Positions 9,794-19,072 of a stretch of 64,000 nt of DNA are shown piece by piece. Source of the DNA: Deltaproteobacteria bacterium (lineage in GTDB: Bacteria > Desulfobacterota > Syntrophia > Syntrophales > UBA8958); assembly GCA_026388335.1 (NCBI GenBank), contig JAPLJZ010000079.1, positions 2,586 through 66,585 on the forward strand, written 5' to 3'. The notes beneath the pieces are model-generated. The model was not told the DNA's origin. It made no database searches and saw only the letters and a program-made list of their open reading frames with translations. Both the position numbers and the translations under genes were made by a program. Position 1 is the first letter of the stretch. Every line of letters starts with the position of its first letter.

Positions 9794-10084
9794 TTAAGCC
9801 CAAGTATCAATCACAGTGCCTTTTTCTTTGCGATTGGGCGACAATGAATACATTACGGCGGAAGGATCTCGAACAGGCCGGGATGATTTTTGGTAAGTAA
9901 GGTCTATATGGATAATGTTATCCGGGGTTATATCGACAATGTCTTCAATATCCCTATTTTGCAGGACAACGTCTTGTGCTTCGTTTCCGAAGTCGATATC
10001 CGCATAGCTTCTACGCCCTTTTTTAGCTAAAATAGCCGACGTTTTTTCCGGAGTGGCGACGGGATATGCGGGTTTGATTTCCAT
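9794..10084 (-). CDS. Small flagellar-cluster protein, tentatively FlbD-like
   Basis: 96 aa. The segment VVLQNRDIEDIVDITPDNIIHIDL resembles the FlbD core (..N.DLIE.IE.TPDT.I.L). Its position between flgE and motA is where flbD sits in spirochaete/Firmicute clusters. Confidence 0.4.
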   Translation of the reverse strand: MEIKPAYPVATPEKTSAILAKKGRRSYADIDFGNEAQDVVLQNRDIEDIVDITPDNIIHIDLTYQKSSRPVRDPSAVMYSLSPNRKEKGTVIDTWA

Positions 10085-10179
10085 AAAGCGTTCAGAACTA
10101 ACTTGACGTCATATGAGACAAATCAACATATTACAAATTTCTTGGAACCTTTATGACCCAAAACGGTATGTTTGTCAAC

Positions 10180-10195
10180 GGCAAAAGAGGCGCCA
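10180..10195 (-). promoter_or_regulatory. Candidate sigma-54 promoter overlapping the flgE terminator
   Basis: Reverse strand reads TGGCGCCTCTTTTGCC with correct GG-N10-GC spacing. It lies about 96 nt upstream of the 96-aa ORF. Confidence 0.4.
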
Positions 10196-10223
10196 AAATG
10201 AACTGTATCATTTTAGCGCCTCT
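10181..10223 (-). terminator. Rho-independent terminator after flgE
   Basis: Reverse strand reads AGAGGCGCTAAAATGA-loop-TCATTTTGGCGCCTCT followed by TTTTG. The stem is 16 bp with one mismatch. Confidence 0.65.
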
Positions 10224-10244
10224 CCATACTTATTTTGCCTGCTG

Positions 10245-11909
10245 CTATCGCTTGATCTGCATCAGTTCCTGGAGCATCTCATCTGTCGTGGTAATGGTTT
10301 TCGCACTCGACTGATAGGCGCGTTGAGCGGCGATCATCTTGATGAACTCCCGGGCCACATCGGTGTTGGAAATTTCCAGAGAATGGGACTTGCTCTTGCC
10401 AAGACCGCCCTCGCCGGGATTTCCTATGCTTGGCGTTCCCGATTCGTTTGTTTCGGTGAAATAGCTCCCCACCTTGCTAAGACCGTCGTTGCTGCTGAAG
10501 CTCGCCGTCCGTATCCTGGCCAAGTTCTGCTGCTGACCGTTCGTAAAGAATCCCGTGATGATCCCATCCCCGCCAACATCGAGGGAATTAAGGAGTCCTG
10601 CAGGGTAACCGTCGTTTTTCATGGTGTTGACCCGTGAATCCATGGCATAGGAGGTGACTTCCGGGGCATCGGCGGCGGTGAGATCCCAGGTGATTTCCCC
10701 GCCGTTTCCCCAAGACGAGTTCTGGGCAGCAAAATCAAAGATGATGTTCTGCGCCGTTGCCCTTCCCTCTTGTCCGAAGGGATTGGAAGCATCCATCGTT
10801 CCGAAAGCAGTAGCTGCGTCAGAAGTTCCTGCTCCGAAACTCAGCGACATGACACTTTCCCCCGTCACCTCATCGATAAGGGCAAGGCGGCCTTCAACAA
10901 TGGTTGCTTTTACCGGTTTATCAGGAGCAAACAACGACAAAGCCTTCGCTTCGATGTCATCTAGAAAGTTCTGGACACTATCTACTCCCACAGCGGTACT
11001 AATTGTATATGTTGGAGCTACAGTACCATTTAACGTATAAACTATAGTTTCACCATTATTAAAACTATAAGTTACCCCTGCTGCATTAAAATCGCCCCAT
11101 TTTGAATCTGCCGTTATTGCCTTATCAGAAGTATCTAACAGCTCTTTATCTGCGGCAATCACTTCTCTTGTATCGTCAAGCTTCAATTTCCCCGCATCGT
11201 CAAATTCCAGCCAGGGACGGTCTGGAATAATGGCAGCTCCGTCGTCCATATCCGACTTCATATACCAGAAACTGCGTTCGCCCTCGGTTGTGCTTATATC
11301 AACAGAGCGATATAAATACGTCGCCATCGAGTGCTTCGAACCCTGGGAATCATAGATCGTTTGACTTGTCGTATAGTAATTGGGATTGTCCGTCGTTTCC
11401 AATTCCGAATCAAGGTTCACCCCGAGTTCGAATTTCGTCGTTTCGTTTGGCGTTGATTTTCTCCCCGTGAGGTTGACCGAAGTCAGTGATGTCGATTCTA
11501 CCCCCCCGTCATCGAACATCCTTCCCTGAACCTCATAGCCGCTTAAATCAACAAGATCGCCTTCAGAATTAAGGAAAAAACTACCGGCCCGGGTGTAATA
11601 GGTCAGATCGTCTTTAGAATTTTTGACAATAAAAAAACCCGTTCCATCGATGGCGAGGTCCGTGGCGCTTCCCGTTGTTTCGTAAGATCCCTGGGCAAAC
11701 GAAGTGGAGATGGCCGCGACGCCGACCCCCTGGCCTACCTGCTGATTACCGCTCCCACCGGATAGACTCTGGCTCAGCATGCTGGCAAAAGCTGTATCTC
11801 CCGCTTTGAAACCGATCGTATTGGAGTTTGCCAAGTTGTTTCCAATAACGTCCATCTGCTTGCTTGCCGCCGATAATCCTGTCGTCCCGATCCAAAGTGC
11901 ACTCGACAT
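10245..11909 (-). CDS. flgE: Flagellar hook protein FlgE
   Basis: 554 aa. N-terminal rod/hook motif (GLSAASKQMDVIGNNLANSNTIGFK) and C-terminal motif (SNTDVAREFIKMIAAQRAYQSSAKTITTTDEML). Confidence 0.95.
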   Translation of the reverse strand: MSSALWIGTTGLSAASKQMDVIGNNLANSNTIGFKAGDTAFASMLSQSLSGGSGNQQVGQGVGVAAISTSFAQGSYETTGSATDLAIDGTGFFIVKNSKDDLTYYTRAGSFFLNSEGDLVDLSGYEVQGRMFDDGGVESTSLTSVNLTGRKSTPNETTKFELGVNLDSELETTDNPNYYTTSQTIYDSQGSKHSMATYLYRSVDISTTEGERSFWYMKSDMDDGAAIIPDRPWLEFDDAGKLKLDDTREVIAADKELLDTSDKAITADSKWGDFNAAGVTYSFNNGETIVYTLNGTVAPTYTISTAVGVDSVQNFLDDIEAKALSLFAPDKPVKATIVEGRLALIDEVTGESVMSLSFGAGTSDAATAFGTMDASNPFGQEGRATAQNIIFDFAAQNSSWGNGGEITWDLTAADAPEVTSYAMDSRVNTMKNDGYPAGLLNSLDVGGDGIITGFFTNGQQQNLARIRTASFSSNDGLSKVGSYFTETNESGTPSIGNPGEGGLGKSKSHSLEISNTDVAREFIKMIAAQRAYQSSAKTITTTDEMLQELMQIKR

Positions 11910-11957
11910 GTCTATTTCCTCCTTCTTACTTATATCCTCGTTTTTATATGTTTATTC

Positions 11958-12623
11958 TTATCCCTTGACTTCCCTGACTTCACTGAAGGGCACTTCCTGC
12001 CCGGCAACATTTATATAAATGGATTTGTCCTTGAAGCTGACAGCGCTCACCTTTCCGGAGATGAGAGTATCTACGGGAAGAGTTGCTCCGTCGGCGCCGA
12101 ATGCATAGACCTTGAATGTACAATTTCCCGATCTTTCTTGACCATTATTCCAAGTCAAACTATTGACTCCCTGTGCCTGATCATAAGCGCTAACTGTATC
12201 GGCCAAGACACCCTGTTCGTCATAGATATTGATTTGAACTTCTTTGGCATCCGCTGATAAGTCGTAATATAGATTGACGGGAGAACCATCCGCGACAAAG
12301 CCATTGCCTTTACCCACCGTCACTTCTTTGCCGATCAGATTGACGGCCTGCAAATTGGCTTGACTGCTTTGATAGAGTCCCAGGTTCGTTATTCCCTGAT
12401 TCAAATTCGTGAGCTGTTCCAGGCTTGAAAATTGCGCCAATTGCGTGGCGAAGTCCGTCCCGCTCATGGGATTTAAAGGATCCTGGTTTTTAAGCTGGGC
12501 AACAAGCATCTTCAGGAAATCCTCTTTCCCCATCGACTGTGTCTTGCTTGTCCCTGTGGCGGTGCTGCTGCTGTACTGCTGGAGGATATTATCGATGCCA
12601 TTTACTGTTGTTGTATCGCTCAT
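11958..12623 (-). CDS. flgD: Hook capping/assembly protein FlgD
   Basis: 221 aa with the FlgD N-domain motif KEDFLKMLVAQLKNQDPLNPM. Confidence 0.9.
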   Translation of the reverse strand: MSDTTTVNGIDNILQQYSSSTATGTSKTQSMGKEDFLKMLVAQLKNQDPLNPMSGTDFATQLAQFSSLEQLTNLNQGITNLGLYQSSQANLQAVNLIGKEVTVGKGNGFVADGSPVNLYYDLSADAKEVQINIYDEQGVLADTVSAYDQAQGVNSLTWNNGQERSGNCTFKVYAFGADGATLPVDTLISGKVSAVSFKDKSIYINVAGQEVPFSEVREVKG

Positions 12624-12646
12624 GATGTGCTCCTTATATGCCTCTA

Positions 12647-14740
12647 TCAGGCAAAAATGCTGACCCCTTCCATGCTGTTTTGTGTCTTGATGATCTCCTG
12701 GCCACTTTTCGGGTAATGTTCATCTCCTAAAAATAGCTCCTGATTCAACATTCTCTCCTGATGGCTATTCTGACCGGGATTATTGAACCTTGTATTTGCC
12801 TGATCTTGATAAAAGCTCCGTTCCGGATCGGGCTGATTTTGCAACGTAACTTCAATTTTGTCGATCTTCAGTCCCTGATTCTGCAGAGCCGTTTTTAGAT
12901 CATCGATATGGGCATTCATCGCCTGGTGAACTTTTTCATTTTCTACTGTCATCATGATCTGGACAGTTTCATTGCGGACGGCGATCTGCATATCCAGATG
13001 GCCCATGATCTCCGGCTTAAGGGTCAATCGGACCTGCCCATTGTCTTTGTTTTGAGCAAGGGAGAAGCTGTCCTGAATCTGATCGACGACGGATTGATAT
13101 ATGGATTTTGAGGTATCCATAGTTGTTTTTCCAGCATGAAAATCGGCGCCTTTTGCAGCCACACTCAGGATATCCGCAGGTAAAGGCGCCTGTTCCCTGC
13201 CGGCAGGAAGGATAATATCTTCATGACTGGGATGACTTGTTTTTGCAGTTACATCTCCGGCTAACTTGGGCCATTTCCCCTGATCATCTTGAGCTGTTGC
13301 CGTGATGACCTTCCCGGGCTGTTGCGCATTGATCTCTTTATCGTTGACAATTAGCTGTTTATTCTCTGCTCCCCTCATCGCAGCCGAAAAGACATTCTTC
13401 TTTTCCGGTTGCTGAGTATTTTTAGGTTGTTCAAGGAGTTCTTTTTGAAGCCCCTCTTTTACCAGTTGCTTTTCAGGTGGATTGATTTTGATCTGGCCTT
13501 CAACATTTTCATGTCTGAAATCTTCCATAGAAGCTTCTTTTTGATATATATCGGCATGGATCTTTTTCCCGCCAACGGTAGCTACTTCTATAAATTCTTT
13601 ATGATACAAAGACTGCTGAATAAATATTGACTGGTCTGAACGTGGGTTCTGATCCGGTTTCAATCCACCAACCGTCGCTTGCTCGACTGCCTTCAGGATG
13701 CCTTTGATGTCCTCAGCGGAGAATCCATTTTTCTCAAGGATCGCGACGGCAGCTTGTCTGAATGACGGCGATGTCGGCTCAACATGAGTTGGAGACTTCC
13801 CTGTGGTATCTTGCGTAACCTCAGGCACCTTCGCCATGATTACCTGATCAATTTCCTTCATATTCTGTTGTGCCACACGTGCCTTAGCCATAATTACCTG
13901 ATCAATTTCTTTAAGAATTCCTGCAACGACATCCGCCGGGATTCCTTTTCCCTCCAGCGCTTTGACTAATTCATTTTTCATTTCCGGCTGATTTATCGTC
14001 TGTAGCAACTGGTCAGCAGGCCTGAATTTGAATGATGTTTCTTCGACTGCCTTCAGGATACCCTTGATCTCCTCAGCGGATAATCCCTTATCCTCCAGCG
14101 CCATGACCAATTGATTCTTCATTTCCGGGATTGTATTCAGATTGGCTTCCGTCAGGGGCAGATTTTTCTTTACCGGAGAGGCAAGGATGTCTTTATGTTG
14201 TTTCCCGAGGCTATCAGCGGTCGCATTAAGGAGGACCAGGACGTCTTTTAGGCTGACAAGCCCTTTTTCCCCTCCCTTTTGAATGGCAAGAACGGACGCT
14301 GCACCCGTTTCGTCTGCGCCTGCCGTCTTCGATGGGGCAATAATTTTTTCAATAAAGGCGGCGATAAATGCCGGTGTTGCAATGGTCTCTTTCTGCTCGT
14401 CAGTGCTATTTTCATCGGTAGGCTTTGTCGTTATTTCGCCGGGGGAGGCATTCCCCTCGCCCTTTTTTGACTTGCTATTGTCCTGGGAAGGAACATGCTT
14501 CTTCATTAAGAACATTTTGCCCATCTCGTTGTCATCAGATCCGGAGGCATGATTTTCTTCAGTATGATTCTGTTTTCGGCTCTGGCTCTGATACTCAGAC
14601 ATGGTCATCTGCATCATCCCGATAAAATCATTTGGAGAACCGCTTTTAGAGGAACCGGGAGACATTCTGCCCAGCATGGCTGCATTTGCCCCTGCCGGTT
14701 TTTGATCCTTCATCACAGTCATGATTTCTATTGCCGACAT
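12647..14740 (-). CDS. fliK: Hook-length control protein FliK (long form, internally repetitive)
   Basis: 697 aa. C-terminal Flg_hook domain (VRLTLKPEIMGHLDMQIAVRNETVQIMMTVENEKVHQAMNAHIDDLKTALQNQGL). Position is upstream of flgD. Confidence 0.85.
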   Translation of the reverse strand: MSAIEIMTVMKDQKPAGANAAMLGRMSPGSSKSGSPNDFIGMMQMTMSEYQSQSRKQNHTEENHASGSDDNEMGKMFLMKKHVPSQDNSKSKKGEGNASPGEITTKPTDENSTDEQKETIATPAFIAAFIEKIIAPSKTAGADETGAASVLAIQKGGEKGLVSLKDVLVLLNATADSLGKQHKDILASPVKKNLPLTEANLNTIPEMKNQLVMALEDKGLSAEEIKGILKAVEETSFKFRPADQLLQTINQPEMKNELVKALEGKGIPADVVAGILKEIDQVIMAKARVAQQNMKEIDQVIMAKVPEVTQDTTGKSPTHVEPTSPSFRQAAVAILEKNGFSAEDIKGILKAVEQATVGGLKPDQNPRSDQSIFIQQSLYHKEFIEVATVGGKKIHADIYQKEASMEDFRHENVEGQIKINPPEKQLVKEGLQKELLEQPKNTQQPEKKNVFSAAMRGAENKQLIVNDKEINAQQPGKVITATAQDDQGKWPKLAGDVTAKTSHPSHEDIILPAGREQAPLPADILSVAAKGADFHAGKTTMDTSKSIYQSVVDQIQDSFSLAQNKDNGQVRLTLKPEIMGHLDMQIAVRNETVQIMMTVENEKVHQAMNAHIDDLKTALQNQGLKIDKIEVTLQNQPDPERSFYQDQANTRFNNPGQNSHQERMLNQELFLGDEHYPKSGQEIIKTQNSMEGVSIFA
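13675..14130 (-). repeat. Three dispersed copies of a roughly 25-30-aa module, plus a short tandem duplication, inside fliK
   Basis: Protein modules: EMKNQLVMALEDKGLSAEEIKGILKAVEE, EMKNELVKALEGKGIPADVVAGILKEID and AAVAILEKNGFSAEDIKGILKAVEQ. KEIDQVIMAK occurs twice. At DNA level, gactgccttcaggat.cc.ttgat.tcctcagcgga recurs near 13685 and 14045. Confidence 0.8.
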
Positions 14741-14778
14741 ATCTTCTCCGTCTCATTGCGTTTGTTGTTCTTTATCAT

Positions 14779-14794
14779 AGCAAGGGATATGCCA
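14779..14794 (-). promoter_or_regulatory. Sigma-54 promoter for fliK-flgD-flgE
   Basis: Reverse strand reads TGGCATATCCCTTGCT. It lies 39 nt upstream of the fliK ATG. Confidence 0.75.
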
Positions 14795-14886
14795 CGACTT
14801 AAAAGCATTTACTTACAACTACTTATGATTTTTTGGGAGGGTTTTTTTTGAGATAAAAGGGAAAATATTTCCTACTGTTGTCTTTT

Positions 14887-14933
14887 CCCTATTTGACATC
14901 CCCGCGTGCTGGAATCGGGGATGTCAAATAGGG
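14887..14933 (-). terminator. Perfect 18-bp stem hairpin directly after the ylxF/motE-like stop codon
   Basis: ccctatttgacatccccg, an 11-nt loop, then cggggatgtcaaataggg. No adjacent U-tract. It sits between the upstream operon and the fliK sigma-54 promoter. Confidence 0.5.
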
Positions 14934-14939
14934 TAGTCA

Positions 14940-15548
14940 TCAGGGCTTGGCATCCTGCGTCACTTTGGTTAGTTGAGTTATTTCCTTTGTGATATCTACT
15001 GCTTTCTGTAAATTCATATTAGATAAAACAGCCCCTGCCCGATCTTTCTTCATGCTCATGGTGATACCGGCGGCCGTTTTTATGTCCAGTTTTTCCATCA
15101 TGGCCCCAGCCTTGGCAGGGGCAGCGGATTCATATATTTTTGCCAAATCCTTGTATTTCTTGATATCTACAGTATTCTGGGTTTCAACTTTGCCGTCAAG
15201 CTGCTTTTCCAAGGCTTTCAGGGCATCGATTTTATCAGTAATTTCTTTCTTTAAAACCTGAAGGTTCTGCGACTCAGTCCTCATGGCATTTTCCCGGGCA
15301 TCGAGTTCCGTTTTTCTCTTTTCCAGCGCACCGTATAGATCCCGCTCTTTCAGGAGTTTGTCATCAAAAATATCCTTTAATTTTTCCGGAGAATTACCTG
15401 GTGTACTTAATTGAGCCATCGCTTGGCCTACAAAAGACAGGTCCTTTTTATGTACATCCTTGTCAAAGACAAACTGTCCCGCCGCCAGAAGTTTCACGAC
15501 AACCATTCCGATGATTAATATTTGAGCCACGACAAGAATTTTTTTCAT
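14940..15548 (-). CDS. YlxF/MotE-like flagellar protein (MgtE_N-type C-terminal region, coiled coil)
   Basis: 202 aa with an N-terminal TM segment, a coiled coil and a C-terminus reading AKAGAMMEKLDIKTAAGITMSMKKDRAGAVLSNM. It occupies the fliJ-ylxF-fliK position known from B. subtilis. Confidence 0.55.
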   Translation of the reverse strand: MKKILVVAQILIIGMVVVKLLAAGQFVFDKDVHKKDLSFVGQAMAQLSTPGNSPEKLKDIFDDKLLKERDLYGALEKRKTELDARENAMRTESQNLQVLKKEITDKIDALKALEKQLDGKVETQNTVDIKKYKDLAKIYESAAPAKAGAMMEKLDIKTAAGITMSMKKDRAGAVLSNMNLQKAVDITKEITQLTKVTQDAKP

Positions 15549-15985
15549 CCCTCTGTCCTCCTGAATCGTAAGATGGCCGTTTCATCCGTCGTTATTCTTT
15601 CCTGCATGACCTCTGAAGCCTTGAATTCTTCCATATCTCTGTCTTTTAGGTTTTCCATCACTTTTCTTTCCTTCATCGCTTCCATCAGGGCGATCCTTCT
15701 TTCCTCAACTTCCTTCGTCACGCCCTCTATTACTTTCTTCTGTTTTTTTTCCTTTTCCGTACAAACATCGATATATGTAATCTGTAACTCAATGTCCCGT
15801 AAATGACGAATGAGGTGCTGCGAATCTCTCAGTTGATCTACAAGCAAAATCCGCTCCTTTTGTATGTCATTTAAAACTTTTATCTCTTCGTTTAACTGAT
15901 TTTTCTTCTCGGAAAACTCTGCGAGCTTTTGCTCCTCGATGATTTTTTTCGTATCCAGAACTGCCTGTAATTTGAAAACAAACAT
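15545..15985 (-). CDS. fliJ: Flagellar export chaperone/stalk protein FliJ
   Basis: 146-aa coiled coil with an N-terminus FKLQAVLDTKK typical of FliJ. Follows fliI. Confidence 0.8.
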   Translation of the reverse strand: MFVFKLQAVLDTKKIIEEQKLAEFSEKKNQLNEEIKVLNDIQKERILLVDQLRDSQHLIRHLRDIELQITYIDVCTEKEKKQKKVIEGVTKEVEERRIALMEAMKERKVMENLKDRDMEEFKASEVMQERITTDETAILRFRRTEG

Positions 15986-16046
15986 CGTAAGCCTATAATA
16001 ACGGCTGAAAATTGATTCGCTTGCGCCGAATCAATTGTTTTTTTGA

Positions 16047-17366
16047 TTATGAGTCACTAAAAAGACTTAATAATTGCTTCTTGGTATTCAAAAAATCTAC
16101 CTGCTCAGTTATCCCCTGTTGAAGGAAGGCATTGACCTTGGCAATCATTGCGATTGCGTAATCAATGTCAGGATTGCTTCCCTGAACGTAAGCCCCGATA
16201 TTGATCAGATCCTCCGCTTTTTTATATGTGGCAAGAATATTCTGAAGCTCATTGGCTTTTTTCTTCTGTTCCTCATCGACGACGTCAATCATGACCCTGC
16301 TGATGCTCTGCAGGATATCAATGGCCGGATAATGATTCTTGTTTGCCAATTCTCTGGTAAGGGAAATGTGCCCATCCAAAATAGACCTGGCTGCATCGGC
16401 TATCGGCTCATTGAAGTCGTCCCCTTCCACCAGAATCGTGTATAGTCCCGTAATACTACCTTTCCCGGCGTCAAGTCCCGATCTTTCCAATAGCTTCGGC
16501 AACAGACTGAAAACTGAAGGCGTATAGCCTTTTGTCGTAGGCGGTTCACCAATAGAGAGTCCAATTTCACGCTGGGCCATGGCAAATCTTGTCAAGGAAT
16601 CCAACATGAGCAGCACATCCTTTCCCTGATCACGGAAGTATTCGGAAATGGTAGTTGCGACATAAGCCGCCCTCATTCTAATAAGGGGATGACGATCAGA
16701 AGCCGCCACAACCACCACAGATCGTTTCAATCCCTCAAGCCCCAGGTTTTTTTCGAGAAATTCCCTTACTTCTCTCCCCCGCTCCCCGATCAGACCGATG
16801 ACATTTATATCTGCCTTCGTATTCCTGGCGATCATCCCCATGAGAACGCTTTTCCCCACTCCCGATCCCGAAAATATCCCCATTCTCTGACCCTTGCCGC
16901 ATGTCAGCACTCCATTGATGGCTTTTATCCCCAGATCCATCGGCGCGTCGATGCGACCGCGCTTCAAAGGATTTATCGGATCTGCATAAATGGGATACGC
17001 ATCATCATATTCAATGGCTCCCTTGTCGTCAATGGGATGCCCTAAACCATCGATCACTCGCCCAAGAAAGCCAGCTCCCACACCGACACTTGCCTGTTTT
17101 CCAAGGGAGATAATTTTGCAGCCTGGACCAAGACCTTGAAGGCTATCCAGGGGCATCAACAGAACCTTACCCTTTTTAAATCCCACTACCTCAGCAGTTA
17201 CGGGTCGTCCTTCTCCTGCCGGATAGATGGCGCAGAGCTCGCCCAACGACGCCACCGGACCATGGCCCTCCACAACGAGTCCAATGATTTCACTAACCTT
17301 TCCGTGAACTCTGATGGGATTTAGTCTATCCAATACGCGATGAAATTTTTTAAGATCAACATTCAT
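16047..17366 (-). CDS. fliI: Flagellum-specific ATPase FliI
   Basis: 439 aa, F1/V1-like, with Walker A GSGVGKS and Walker B VLLMLDSLTR. Confidence 0.95.
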   Translation of the reverse strand: MNVDLKKFHRVLDRLNPIRVHGKVSEIIGLVVEGHGPVASLGELCAIYPAGEGRPVTAEVVGFKKGKVLLMPLDSLQGLGPGCKIISLGKQASVGVGAGFLGRVIDGLGHPIDDKGAIEYDDAYPIYADPINPLKRGRIDAPMDLGIKAINGVLTCGKGQRMGIFSGSGVGKSVLMGMIARNTKADINVIGLIGERGREVREFLEKNLGLEGLKRSVVVVAASDRHPLIRMRAAYVATTISEYFRDQGKDVLLMLDSLTRFAMAQREIGLSIGEPPTTKGYTPSVFSLLPKLLERSGLDAGKGSITGLYTILVEGDDFNEPIADAARSILDGHISLTRELANKNHYPAIDILQSISRVMIDVVDEEQKKKANELQNILATYKKAEDLINIGAYVQGSNPDIDYAIAMIAKVNAFLQQGITEQVDFLNTKKQLLSLFSDS

Positions 17367-17390
17367 AAGAAGGATGGATTGGCATTTTGA

Positions 17391-18077
17391 TCAGTTTATT
17401 GACGACAAAAGTTGGTTCTTGACCTCTGCAAACTGGCGATCAATCCTGGCATCTACCTCACCGAACTGCGTTTCAATGAGCGCCCCGCCCCTGATGATGC
17501 CCCCATCTTCTTCGAATACGATGTTTTTAATCCCATCAAAGCCTTGAAGAAAGTCTTCCTTCTTGTCCATCATATAATGAAAATCTTGTGGGTGAAGGCG
17601 AACTTTGATGTTTTCCCGGTCAAGAATATTTTTCATGGCTGCCTTAAGAATATTTTGAACTGTATCTTGATTGGATGTTACCTCTTGCTGAAGAATCTTT
17701 TCAGCAATCGAGACAGATAACATCAGAATATCCTTTTCCGCTTTTTCTAAAATGCTTTTTCTTAATGAGGCGACTTCTTTGAGCTGATTTTGCAGAGCTT
17801 CTATGCTCTTTATGGATTCCTTCCGCGCCTGTTCCTCTCCGGTCCTGATACCCTCGCTAATTCCCCGCTCATAGGAATCTTTTTCCGCACTTTTGACACG
17901 CTTTTCATGCTCGCTTTTCAGAAGATCTATTTCTGATTGTCTTGATTTTGAGGGCTGCTGCGAAGAATTATTTGCCGTTCCGGCAACTTTCTTATTAGAT
18001 ATTTCAGCGTCGTCATCATCAACACTGATCAGTTTCACATGCAATGCCTTGATGACTTTAGAGTTATACGTACTCAT
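17391..18077 (-). CDS. fliH: Flagellar export ATPase regulator FliH
   Basis: 228 aa with a FliH-like C-domain (RGGALIETQFGEVDARIDRQ). Sits between fliG and fliI. Confidence 0.85.
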   Translation of the reverse strand: MSTYNSKVIKALHVKLISVDDDDAEISNKKVAGTANNSSQQPSKSRQSEIDLLKSEHEKRVKSAEKDSYERGISEGIRTGEEQARKESIKSIEALQNQLKEVASLRKSILEKAEKDILMLSVSIAEKILQQEVTSNQDTVQNILKAAMKNILDRENIKVRLHPQDFHYMMDKKEDFLQGFDGIKNIVFEEDGGIIRGGALIETQFGEVDARIDRQFAEVKNQLLSSIN

Positions 18078-19056
18078 CGCCCTGGGTACCCCTCAGTGCG
18101 GTTATTCTCCCCTCTCCTTCCAATCTTTTTGCTGTTTCGACAATGGAGCGTTGAGTTGTTTCGACCTCCGATAACCTGATCGGCGGCATCATTTCGATAT
18201 CTTCCTTTAGCATTTCAGCGCCGCGCCGCGACATGTTCTTATAGAATTTCTGTCGCTGCCCTTCATCAACAGCTTTAAGGGCTTTGGATAGGTCTTCTGA
18301 CGACACTTCTTTCAGCAACTCTTGCAGACTCCGATCCTCGAGTTTCAAGACATCTTCGAAGGTGAACATCAGGGCTCTTATTTGACTGGCAACATTCGGA
18401 TCTTTTTCGTCCAGAGACGCCATGATTTCATTTTCATTCGCCCTGTTCATCACATTGAGTATTTCCGACACGATCTGTACGCCCCCGACTTGATGCTCAC
18501 TGATAGCGCCAACGACAATCTCCTTTTCCAGCGTCTTAGCTATTTCATCAATGAATTCACGTGGTACAGTTTTTAGTGTCGCCATGCGTCTGATAATTTC
18601 ACCTTGCATTTCCATCGAAAAGCTCTCCACGATCTCTGCCGCCTGCACCGGTTGCAAATGAACAAGTATCAAGGCAATCGTTTGTGGATGTTCCGCTTTC
18701 GTGAACTCGAGCAATACCCGTGGATCAACATCTCTGAGCCTCTCAACAATCGGGTTTTCTCCTGAGTCAGAGGCTTCTTCAGTCATTAGAACATTTGCCT
18801 CTTTTTCTCCGATTGCTTTTCTAACGATATTTTTGGCAACCCCTTCCCCAACGGCAATCGTCCCTCCCCCTTCTTTGGCCAAAGTGATAAACTCCCTGGC
18901 AACCGTCCTTAACGTATCCTCTGGAATGGTATTGATTTTATTCATATATTTACCGATACGACGAACTTCCGCAGGGCGGAGATTTTTCATGACGAGGTCC
19001 GCCTGTGCCTCGTCCAATGATAGCAACATAATGGCTGCCTTTTCTTCGTTTGTCAT
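18064..19056 (-). CDS. fliG: Flagellar motor switch protein FliG
   Basis: 330 aa with EHPQTIALIL and MFTFEDV motifs and a charged C-terminal helix. Confidence 0.95.
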   Translation of the reverse strand: MTNEEKAAIMLLSLDEAQADLVMKNLRPAEVRRIGKYMNKINTIPEDTLRTVAREFITLAKEGGGTIAVGEGVAKNIVRKAIGEKEANVLMTEEASDSGENPIVERLRDVDPRVLLEFTKAEHPQTIALILVHLQPVQAAEIVESFSMEMQGEIIRRMATLKTVPREFIDEIAKTLEKEIVVGAISEHQVGGVQIVSEILNVMNRANENEIMASLDEKDPNVASQIRALMFTFEDVLKLEDRSLQELLKEVSSEDLSKALKAVDEGQRQKFYKNMSRRGAEMLKEDIEMMPPIRLSEVETTQRSIVETAKRLEGEGRITALRGTQGDEYV

Positions 19057-19072
19057 CGGTAAATGGTCCCCT

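Noticed and set aside
10150-10178. Sigma-70-like promoter TTGACA-17-CATAAA on the minus strand upstream of the flbD-like ORF
   Set aside because: It is not excluded. I did not list it as a feature because the -10 box is weak and a correctly spaced sigma-54 motif lies 2 nt upstream of the -35 box. I cannot decide between them from sequence alone.
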